This document shows positions 1 through 9,420 of a DNA stretch of 64,000 nucleotides, one piece after another; the stretch's first letter is position 1; each line of letters opens with the position of its first letter. The DNA is taken from positions 89,716,001-89,780,000 of the forward strand of contig NC_058368.1 in the NCBI RefSeq assembly GCF_018350175.1, written 5' to 3'. The notes under the pieces were generated by a model, which did not search any database, was not told the origin of the DNA, and saw only the letters and a program-made list of their open reading frames with translations. This DNA comes from Felis catus. Lineage: Eukaryota. The translations under genes were made by a program, and so were the position numbers.

Positions 1-328
1 ATGCCCACTGTACATACGCACCCGTAGCCAGGGGACTCCACCACCATCCCAGGACCCCAGTATTTAAGCTCAGTGGCAGCAGGAGACAGACAGATCATGT
101 GACTTGGAGCTGGCTGCTGTCCTATTTTGATAAGAATACCGTTACAGAGAAATCCTTGTGTGCCTGCACAGAAAGTGACCCAGATAGATGACCTCCCTTT
201 GTCCAAGGTGATAGCACCCTACCCACCCCCCCCAAAAAAAAACTTGAATGTTTAATCTTTTAAGAGTATAGATGAAATAGTTACATGTCTACCTATTCAT
301 TCTCCTAGTTGACTTGTACATTACTGGG

Positions 329-543
329 TTTATTTAAGTTCATTTATTTATTTTGAGAGAGACAGAGGCAGTGCAACTAGGGGAGGGACAGAGAGAGAGG
401 GGGAGAGAGAGAGAATCCCAAGCAGGCTCCACGATACCAGCCCAGAGCCTGAGTCAGGGATCCAATTCATGAAATCAAGAGATTATGACCTGAACTGAAA
501 CCAAGAGTCAGATGCTTAACCAACTGAGCCACCCAGGTGCCCT
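329..543 (-). mobile_element. Can-SINE (SINEC_Fc-like)
   Basis: Reverse GGGCACCTGGGTGGCTCAG head, (CT)n and A tail; degenerate TSD TGTACAT. Confidence 0.9.
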
Positions 544-571
544 GTACATAGCTGTTTAAATGACAGGACTT

Positions 572-1700
572 GGGGGTGCCTACCTGGCTCAGTTGGTGGA
601 GCGTGCAACTCTTTTTTTTTTTTTTTTAATTTGCATCCAAGTTAGTGAGCATACAGTGCAACAGTGATTTCAGGAGTAGATTCCTTAATGCCCCTTACTC
701 ATTCAGCCCATCCCCCCTCCCACAACCCCTCCAGTAACCCTCTGGTTGTTCTCCATATTTAAAAGTCTCTTATGTTTTGTCCCCCTCCTTGTTTTTATAT
801 TATTTTTGCTTCCCTTCCCCTGTGTTCATCAGTTTCGTATCTTCAAGTCCTCACATGAGTGAGGTCATATGATATTTGTCTTTCTCTGACTAATTTCACT
901 TAGCATAACACCCTCCAATCCATGTAGTTGCAAATGGCAAGATTTCATTCTTTTTGATTGCCAAGTAATACTCCATTGTATATGTATACCACATCTTTAT
1001 CCATTCATCCATCGATGAACATTTTGGCTTTTTCCATACTTCGGCTATTGTTGATAGTGCTGCTAGAAACATTGGGGTGCATGTGCCCCTTCGAAACAGC
1101 ATACCCTTTGGATAAATACCTAGTAGTGCTATTGCTGAGTCGTAGGGTAGTTCTATTTTTAGTTTTTTGAGGAACCTCCATACTGTTTTCCATAGTGGCT
1201 GCACCAGTTTGCATTCCCACTAGCAGTGCAAAAGAGATCCTGTCTCTCCACATCCTCGCCAACATCTGTTGTTGCCTAAGTTGTTAATGTTAGCCATTCT
1301 GACAAGTGTAAGGTGGTATCTCATTGTGGTTTTGATTTGTATTTCCCTGATGATGAGTGATGTGGAGCCTTTTTTCATGTGTCTTCTTTGGAGAAGTGTC
1401 TGTTCATGTCTTTTGCCCATCTCTTCACTGGATTATTTGTTTTTTGGGTGTTGAGTTTGATAAGTTCTTTATAGATTTTGGATACTAACCCTTTATCTGA
1501 TATGTCGTTGCAAATATCTTCTCCCATTCCATTGGTTGCCTTTTCATTTTGCTGATTGTTTCCTTCGCTGTGCAAAAGCTTTTTATTTTAATGAGGTCCC
1601 AATAGTTCATTTTTTGGAGCATGCAACTCTTGATCTTGGGGTTGCAAGTTCAAACCCCACATTGAAATGAACGAATGAACAAATGAATGAATGGATGAAT
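572..1700 (+). mobile_element. Short Can-SINE split by an L1 insertion
   Basis: 5' half at 572-613 and 3' half at 1615-1665 with a (GAAT)n tail; flanking ATGACAGGA TSD. Confidence 0.8.
613..1614 (-). mobile_element. 5'-truncated carnivore L1 (ORF2 3' end, 3' UTR, polyA)
   Basis: ORF fragments QPLWKTVWRFLKKLKIELPYD and [15 protein letters not shown] are the L1 ORF2 C-terminus; poly(T) on +; 17-bp TSD TGGAGC(G/A)TGCAACTCTT. Confidence 0.95.
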
Positions 1701-2352
1701 AGATGACAGGAACTACAATACTGTAAGACATTGCCCTTTTCCACTTTCTTCAGACCACTCACTTCTACCTTTGATGTCTGTGTCTGTCTCAGGAGTCCCT
1801 TTTTAGGTCATCTGACACAATTTTCCAGAACAAACCATGGCTTCTGTCTCTGCTGTTTTTTAATCACTAAATGAGGTTGTCACTGAATATTTTACACTAA
1901 ACCACAAGTACTTATTTGTATCACGTTAGGGTAGTTGATGCTATTGTTCACCTTTCTGGTAGGTGTATTTATGACATCTACAACTCAACCAACTATTAGA
2001 TATTTTCCCAGCAGCCTGCAAAGGGTGTGTTTGCAGCACTCTGAATGCTGGTGGTTGTGGGATCACACACCCAGCCATGACTACTTGCATCTATACCATG
2101 CATCTTGGCCTCTTTTTTTGTTTTTCTTGATTCCATCATGTGATCTCTATTGGTAACCTAGTTTCGGAAAATTAATGCTAATTGCATTGCTGTAAATAGT
2201 TTTTGGCTAATGTCTCTTTACCAAACAGTATTTTCTATCTCAAAAAAAGATAATTCAGTAAGAGGGTGAGTCATAGGGTGATTGTTAAATTCTAATCTCC
2301 ACATATCTTCATAAAAACATCACCCAAAATAAGGCCACTCAGAGCCCATACC

Positions 2353-2728
2353 TGTGATGTAACCAAGAGAAACAGACTCAAGTTTACCTGTGAGTAGGGA
2401 ACTCAGCACTAGGGCCAGCAGAGCCAAACCTGAGTCTTGGTGGAGGGAGAGTAAATAGGGACTGTCCCGTGAGAGAGGAGTGTGATAAGGTCCTCCAAAC
2501 AAACTGGGAAGATAATGGAGGAGCCAGAGGTCTGGTGGAGGAGAGCAGGGCTCCAGGCAAGTCTGAAGCGCCAGGAGCAGCCGTCTTGGGAAGGAGCTGC
2601 TTGTGAAAGGGAGTGTTTCGTAGTGAAGGAGGAAGAAAGTTGCAGAAGATAAGAGTCCTCCAGAAGCAAGAATCCAGAAGACAGATACACACCCAAGGAA
2701 ACCATTTATTACAGAACTGCACCTCACA
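2353..2728. mobile_element. Possible old solo LTR (family not assigned)
   Basis: 376 bp bounded by TGTGA...TCACA with partial flanking match ATACC/ATAGA. Confidence 0.4.
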
Positions 2729-3886
2729 ATAGAAGTGACAGCACTATTCTTCTCACGGGGTTCCCTGGGAAGCACAGCATGACCAGCCACCGAGAGGTAC
2801 AGCAGGTCACCTGGTGGGTGCATTCACTTGGTACATGGAACATTCTCCAAACAGGTGCAAAGATAGAATGCACCTTGAAGGGCTCTGTGCAGGGAGAAGG
2901 AGGGAGCTTATCTGTCTGGTCCTTTCCTGTCTCCTGTGAACCACCAATCACACTTACCACATAGGGTCCTCACTTCCAGGTCACTCACCCGGCCCTTAGA
3001 GGGGCCACTTAGGATGACAGATCCACCCCCTGAAGTGTGGCATTTCATCCAAGTGTGTAGGCAAGAGGAAGATATGGAAGCCCTGGGCTTGTGGTAGGTC
3101 AGCATGGCTGTGTGGCAGCAACCACAAGGGGGCCCAGGACTCCCAGCAAAGTGACTGGTTGGTTCCGGGTGACAATACAATGCAGGACAAGAATGGAGCC
3201 TTTGCAGAGGATGCAGTTGAAGGAATTCAGTGTGACACCACAGACACAGGTCTAGTGCAGCACTCCTAAATTAAGCAACATCAGAAGCCACCCATATCCC
3301 AAGCCCCTTCCATAGGATAACCAGATACTTCTAGCTGAGGAAATCCCAGCATGAATAATCATGAACAGAAAAAAATAATCACTATCCATACAGAATTATT
3401 ATAAGAATAAAACAATTAGAATGTAGATGTAAATACTCAAAACAAAACAAACAAAAAAAAAAAGAAGCAAGGAAAAGCTGATACATACTCCAGTGTATTC
3501 AATACATAATTAAACAAAGGAGCCACACCAGGAATCAGAAACTCACTCAGATGGAAATGGGTAGTGTGACAGTATTAAATGGTGGTTGACTACATTTCAG
3601 GAAAGAAATTGAAATAAAAGAGAAATCCTCTCAAAAATGAAGACTGGAGAGGGGGTGCCCAAGGATCAGTAGATATGATCAATTCTTCCTTGCAGAGAAA
3701 GACGCCGAAGATGGACATGAAAAGACAAAAGAAAATAAAACCAAAACAAAGAGGTAAAAAAGATGAGAAAGAAAGTTGGTGGTGTAGTAGTTGAGTAGAA
3801 AAGATCCAATCTATGTAAAATTGGAGTCTCCGAGGAAGCCTATGCTGACAGTAAAACAGACCTAGTATTTTAAACTTGGAATTCAA

Positions 3887-4104
3887 GGGGCGCCTGCGTG
3901 GCTCAGTCGGTTAAGCGTCCAACTTCGGCTCAGGTCATGATCTCGAGGTCCGTGAGTTCGAGCCCCGCGTCGGGCTTTGTGCTGACAGCTCAGAGCCTGG
4001 AACCTGTTTCAGATTCTGTGTCTCCCTCTCGCTCTGACTCTCCCCTGCTCATGCTCTGTGTCTCTCTGTCTCAAAAATAAACGTTAAAAAATATTTAACA
4101 AAAT
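3887..4104 (+). mobile_element. Can-SINE (SINEC_Fc-like)
   Basis: Full head, CT tract and A tail; TSD AAACTTGGAATTCAAG. Confidence 0.95.
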
Positions 4105-4274
4105 AAACTTGGAATTCAAGATAACCCTCTTAGAAAAGAATAACTAAATCTACATCTCCAAAGATGGACTAGGAAAACTGACCCAGAACAGTAGGCTTGG
4201 ATGCAAAGCTTAGTTGAACTGTTAGACTTTCAAGGTAAACATTCTGGAAATTCAGGCAAAAAGGCTGAGTCATT

Positions 4275-4444
4275 TATTTATTTATTTTTAATATTTATTT
4301 ATTTTTCGGAGAATGCAAGCCGGGAGGGGCAGAGAGAGGAGGACAGAGGATCTGTGCTGACAGCAGCGAGCCCGATGTGGGGCTCAAACTCATGAACCTT
4401 GAGATCATGAAGTCAGCCAATTGACTGAGCCACCCAGGTGCCCC
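4275..4444 (-). mobile_element. Can-SINE, internally deleted
   Basis: TSD AGGC(T/A)GAGTCATTTAT. Confidence 0.9.
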
Positions 4445-5233
4445 AGGCAGAGTCATTTATGAAGGAAAAAAAAGGCTGGCGTCAGGCTTAGCACCATGCA
4501 AAGCAAAATTAAAATCAGAAGCAATGAAGCAACATTTGCAAACTCTCAAAGAAAGTGAGAGCTTAATGGGGAGTGTCATCTGACCATCAGTGAGGATGCA
4601 GGGGTTGGGGCTGGCACCTTCAAGGCCTCCCAGGCCAGGGAGAGAGGAGCTTGGCGTTCATCCTGAGAGTGACAAAACGCCATTGGAGGGTCTGTCAGGA
4701 GAAGGACATTCTCCAGCTGGAAGGATTCCTGAAGACAAGGCCCTAGGGAGGCAGGGTTGGGAGAGGAGAGGTGTGCCAGGTTAGTGCAGAACATCTGAGG
4801 TGGCCACTGACTCTGGAGCAGGACAGGGCATGCAGAGAGGGGCATGGATGCATTCTGCAGTTAAAACGTACAGGCGTCTGGGTGGAATGGATGTGAGGGG
4901 CTCAGGAAAGGATGTCACCCAGGGGCTTGAGCCACTGAGTCAGCATTGGTGCGTTCACAGAGATGGGCAGGTCTGGGAGAGAAATAGGTCTGGAGGCATG
5001 GAGCAGGCATTCTCCATCATCCCACACCCAGGCTTGGGACAGAGAAAGCTCCAGTGTTTGCCAACACTCACATCAGCCTGCTTTGCTGTGTGCGTCAAGC
5101 CTGTGTTCCTGATGGCTCTGGACTTGCTTGATGCTCTGGTCATGTCTCTGGTGATTCCAACCAGACCCCCTACTAGGGTCCTGTCCCTCTTGTCTTCTTG
5201 TCTTACTGACCATCACCTTCCCTGTCTCAGCAG

Positions 5234-5432
5234 CTGTAAAGGATCTGGCCGGAATGTGGACGCGACCAGGGCGCACCCTGACACCCAAGGGCGGCGGCGG
5301 AGGCCGGACCGCGGGGCGCGGGGAGGCCAGGTGTTCTACAACAGCGAGTATGGGGAGCTGGTGGGTCCACACGATGTGGGGGACTGCCCACCGTCTGCCC
5401 GTGCACCCTTCTTTGCAGACGACTGTTACTGA
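5234..5432 (+). CDS. FLT4: FLT4 (VEGFR3) terminal coding exon, long-isoform C-terminal tail
   Basis: Translates as (S)CKGSGRNVDATRAHPDTQGRRRRPDRGARGGQVFYNSEYGELVGPHDVGDCPPSARAPFFADDCY*, matching the recalled human VEGFR3 tail (SCKGPGQNVAVTRAHPDSQGRRRRPERGARGGQVFYNSEYGEL...FFTDNSY). Preceded by a pyrimidine tract and CTCAGCAG acceptor; TGA at 5430-5432. Upstream exons are outside the window. Confidence 0.95.
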
Positions 5433-6948
5433 GGGCGGCCCCCAGGCAAGGCCCCAAGACCCTGGGCTCTGACCCTTGGCACGGGTGGAGGGACATGTCT
5501 GGATGGCGAGCAGAGGGTAGGGGGCCCAGGCTGGGAACTCCTCTCCTTCAGCTTGGGCCAGGAGGCATTTCCTCGTCCCTGGTTAGGAAGAATAAAACCC
5601 AGGCTCCAAGGCTCCCCAAACTCCATCACCACGCCTGCCCTAGGCCACCCTTTGGATCTCCCGGGGCCTTCTTCCCTTCAGACTCAGATTCCATGTAGCT
5701 CAACACCCATGGGGCCAGCCCTGATTGCCCTGCCCACCATGCTGGGTGGTGGCATGGTCCCCAATTTCTGACAAGGACTCCGTAGGTCTGAGAGTCACAG
5801 GAACAGAGGTGGAGCCAGACTTGTACTGTGGTCTCCCAGGTCCCGCCCCACCGTCCCCTGCACCTAGTCCCATGAGAATGGCTTTCTTGCCTCTCCAAGG
5901 CTGAAGACAGAGCTTTGTACTTCCATCTCAAACAACAAATGAGGAATTGGGGGGGTGGGGTGTCCTCTCCTGAGCTGGCTGAACAGCTCGCCCTTCCAGG
6001 GACAGGGGTCTCTGCAGCACCAAGTGTCAGGGTCACAGGGTACCTTCCCCTGGGTGTTGAGAACTACCCAACAGAACTTTTTTGTTAGAACTTCAGACTA
6101 TTTGCGCTGCTGTGAAGAATTTACTTTTCAAATCTTTAGTCCCAGGGGAGCCCAGGGAAGGTCTTTCTGAATCTAGACGACTCTTGTCTCTGACCCCTAG
6201 TCAGGTGCCACACCAACATAGCACAGGCCACCATGGCCACCTTTTGCTGGAGGAGGGCTCCAGCCCCACCTGCCTGGCGCAAAAGTGGAAGAACCAGGTG
6301 ATAGTCCAGAGCTGTCCAGCTTGAGAAATGCCTGGTTCTTCCCTCTGGGTCCTCCATCTGCCACCCAAGGCACCTTCCAAGCTGTGAACGGCCTTATGAG
6401 AAGCCAACACCATGGGACCCACTGAGGAAGGTCTTTGGTGCTGGCCCAAAGGACCCAGCAGCATTGTGCTATGCCGGGAGGCTATCAACAGACTTTCTTG
6501 TGGCCCCGGGGACAATCCTGTGTTCTTCCCCTGGTGTGTGCCCAATGTCGGTGCTCAGGCAGGTCAAGCCTTCACAGGGAAGTGACCAGGACCCTCTGGA
6601 GGCTGGAGCTGCTCTGCCCGGGCCCCCGCTCCCCATTCCAGCACCCACTGCCCAGTCACCCCTACCTCCGGCAGGAGAGAGACCCTTCTCCAATTAGCAC
6701 CATGGAGATTGACATCCCACCCCCACCCCACGAGACGCTTGCAGGACAGGCGGCCGTGCAGCGAGCAGGGGCTTGCCCGGCAGAACACCTCCCCCACTGC
6801 CCATTGTGTATTGTTCTTTTAAAATATATCGAATGCACGTATGACTGTAATCCTCACTGTCCCCAACGGCCCTCATCCTAAGCTGTCACCTGACTGGGAG
6901 ATGTAAGTCCCAGGTTTACCTGGTGGAAGTCCAGAGGCCATTCTCAGA

Positions 6949-7032
6949 GGGGCAAGGCTCACGATGCAGGTGCAGGGGCAGCCCCCCAGTGGGGCAAGGC
7001 TCACGATGCAGGTGCAGGGGCAGCCCCCCAGT
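6949..7032 (+). repeat. Perfect 42-bp tandem duplication
   Basis: GGGGCAAGGCTCACGATGCAGGTGCAGGGGCAGCCCCCCAGT x2. Confidence 0.95.
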
Positions 7033-7174
7033 ACCCTCCCTACGTGCATATCACCTGATTATGTCACCTCTCCTCCTGTCACATAACTGTACACGCAAAA
7101 CTGGGAAGACAACCTACCATGCCCTTATAGACCATGTGTCCTGAAAAGATCTAAAGTATTTAACAAAAGATAAT

Positions 7175-7180
7175 AATAAA
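7175..7180 (+). terminator. Probable FLT4 polyadenylation signal
   Basis: AATAAA about 1.75 kb after the stop codon, followed by T-rich sequence. Confidence 0.55.
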
Positions 7181-8296
7181 TTTGATGCCAGTCTTTGAGT
7201 TACAATGAATTGGTTCTCAGCTAAGTCCCAGCTGTCTATGAAGATGTGACTCCAGCCTTCTTCTCATGGAGTCATTAGCCCCATGAGACCACAGGACAGG
7301 CTACCCAGAGGAACAGGCACCAGAGGCAGCTGTGCCCCGTCCCCTCCCCAGCTGTGCAGTTCCCCAAAGCCACCAGCAGAGGGCGCTTGGGAACCACCAG
7401 GAAGCCTGGCTGCTCTCCCCAATCCAGGAAGCACCCAGCCTGGCGTCCTATAAACACGTGGTAATATCTGCTTTATGGGTAAAGTGACACAACTCTCTGT
7501 CCCCGACTACTACAGCCAAACGCTGCTTCAGGCCGACCCAGGCTGCCACAAGTCCCCTAGTTTCACTGGGCCTAGCAGGTGCCTTTGACCACCCCCATCA
7601 CACACAGTGGGGCAGGCCCAGAGGGGTGCAGTGCACACTTAGGTCACCTCCCTGATGTAAGTGTGTATCTGGACTCCGAGATCAAGAAGGTCTGAGCTGA
7701 GACTCCAGCTTCAATCACCCCCAGATAGATGTGCTCCAACCAGGGATGTGTGGCAGGGCCCTCCACAGCCCTCCCCTGCCATGTTTGTGTGATTTCCCTT
7801 CCCGGGTGAGCAGCTGGCATAGAGGTATCTGTGGATTGAGGTGTAACCCTGGCCATATGAATGTGGCCCAGCAGTAGCCTCAGGGGTTCGGGAGGGAGAG
7901 CAAGCAATGACCCCTAAACCTGGTTTTGGGCTAGGGCCAGGTATGTGGGGGACAGGCAGGGGACACCTCACCCAGGGGAGCAGATAGGAAGGAGCCCAGC
8001 AAAGGTGAGGAGGCTATCCTGTGGCCAGGTCCTATGCCTGCTTGTCCAGGCCTCTCCCATGCTGGGGAGACTTCTGGTTCCCTAATCCCCTCCTCGGGCT
8101 GTGATGCCCACTGTCCTGGCCTCATTTTCAACTCTGGTGGGAAGATCCCCTCCCCACAAAGGCAGTTGGTAATGATGGGCTTGTTGTGGTTTTTGCTTCT
8201 ATAATAAATCTAATCTGAATGTGACTACAGAAGAGACCCACACTGTCCCCTTCCCCGTTGGGTTTGGACATTTTAACTTTATAATGTCATTGGTTG

Positions 8297-8597
8297 TGTT
8301 ACGGAACCAGGCTGGAACGCTGGCAGAAAAACCAAGCGACACTCGGAGATCTTGGATCGGAGATTTATTTAACACCGGCAGGCTCAGAGGAGACCGTTTC
8401 TCCGAAGATCTGAGCTCCGAATGAAGGGGGGAAGGGTAATTTATATTTGTCAACTTCCATATCTGTGTCAGGTTTTCACCCGCGTGGCAAACAGGGCAAG
8501 AAGAACCCGGAAGAGGGGTCTCTAAGTTAGAGACCAGAGCTTGTTTTAGTCCCATTGGCCATCTTATGGTGTAAAACTTTATTCATTTTCCCCAACA
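8297..8597 (-). repeat. ERV 3' LTR
   Basis: 301 bp copy of the 13978-14276 repeat, preceded on the minus strand by the polypurine tract. Confidence 0.95.
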
Positions 8598-8608
8598 TTC
8601 CCCCCTTT
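8598..8608 (-). promoter_or_regulatory. ERV polypurine tract
   Basis: AAAGGGGGGAA on the minus strand directly abutting the 3' LTR. Confidence 0.9.
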
Positions 8609-8666
8609 GATGCTTTTTTAAAAATCTTTATTAGACATCACTTTTTAGCTCTAGGAGTTGGTACCC

Positions 8667-9190
8667 TCAGAGGGCTAAGATACGTGCTGCAGTTTGACAA
8701 GCAACAGTGTTTTCAATAAAACGTACCAGGGTAGTTAGTATAGAGGGACCGATGGTCACAAGTAAAATTATGGAAAGCAGGGGCCCTGCCAGGGCAGGGA
8801 GCCAGGATGCCCAGTGTGTGAGATCCCATCCTCTCCATTGACGGATACTTTCCCGTTGTCTACGTTGAATTCTTTCCTTGAGGTCCTTAACCTTAGTCCT
8901 GACTATTCCTGATTGTTTTACAAAATAGCAACATTCCTCCCCCAGAAAGATACAAGTCCCTCCTTTTTCTGAAGTGAGGAGGTAGAGAGCTGGCCTACTT
9001 TGGAAGGACACTGCTGCCAAGGAGTTTATTTGGCTTTGTCAGGTTCCCAGGGAGTCTGCCATCCAGTCCATGTCCAGTTTGTTGATGGCAGTCAACATGA
9101 TGGCATGTCAGTCTCTATTAGCCTGACAGCAATAAGCAAGATCAGGGCGATGACACCAGTAAGGGGCAAGGGCTGGCAGAGTTGCATCTG
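8667..9190 (-). pseudogene. env: ERV env remnant: signal-peptide-like leader plus TM subunit, SU deleted
   Basis: DMDWMADSLGT*QSQINSLAAVSFQSRPALYLLTSEKGGTCIFLGEECCYFVKQSGIV contains a heptad repeat, a decayed immunosuppressive domain (LQNRRALDLLT type) and CX6CC, then a hydrophobic anchor WLPALAGPLLSIILLVTIGP. A stop and a frameshift lie upstream. Confidence 0.92.
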
Positions 9191-9329
9191 AACCCCTGGG
9201 CTTGGTCCACACGTTGATTCCTCAAGCTTCTGCCGTGAGCAGGCCAGCCAGCTTCCAGGGTGTGGCTGGAGCAAGGCTGGAGATCTCAGGGGCAGTGTCT
9301 TTTTGAGGGTCAGTTTAAGCGGGTTGACT

Positions 9330-9420
9330 GGGTCTGGATCAACTTTACCAGGTTGAGGGTTCATCTTAGTTGGCCTTCTCAGCTCTGGAGCGATGGACCC
9401 ATGGGGTGATACCTGAAACT
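9330..9420 (-). pseudogene. pol: ERV pol remnant: extreme C-terminus of integrase
   Basis: Minus strand reads VSGITPWVHRSRAEKA, the GxxPWVHxSR-like motif that ends class I integrases; no RT, RNase H or IN core is recognisable upstream. Confidence 0.65.

Larger units (their letters stand above)
5433..7200 (+). other. FLT4: FLT4 3' UTR (approximate extent)
   Basis: Follows the stop codon; AATAAA at 5591-5596 and 7175-7180, the latter in an A/T-rich context typical of a cleavage site. Confidence 0.6.

Noticed and set aside
2760..3250. Possible additional old LTR-class element
   Set aside because: It looks repeat-like, but I could not define termini or a family without a search.
3898..4080. Recurrent MAQSVKRPTSAQVMIS-type ORFs as a small protein family
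   Set aside because: They are translations of the Can-SINE consensus.
4800..5233. N-terminal part of the 210-aa ORF
   Set aside because: Intronic sequence upstream of the FLT4 acceptor; only the last ~66 codons match VEGFR3.
8667..9020. Domesticated syncytin-like env gene
   Set aside because: No SU, no furin site or fusion peptide, an upstream stop and frameshift, a degenerate ISD and no ATG start.
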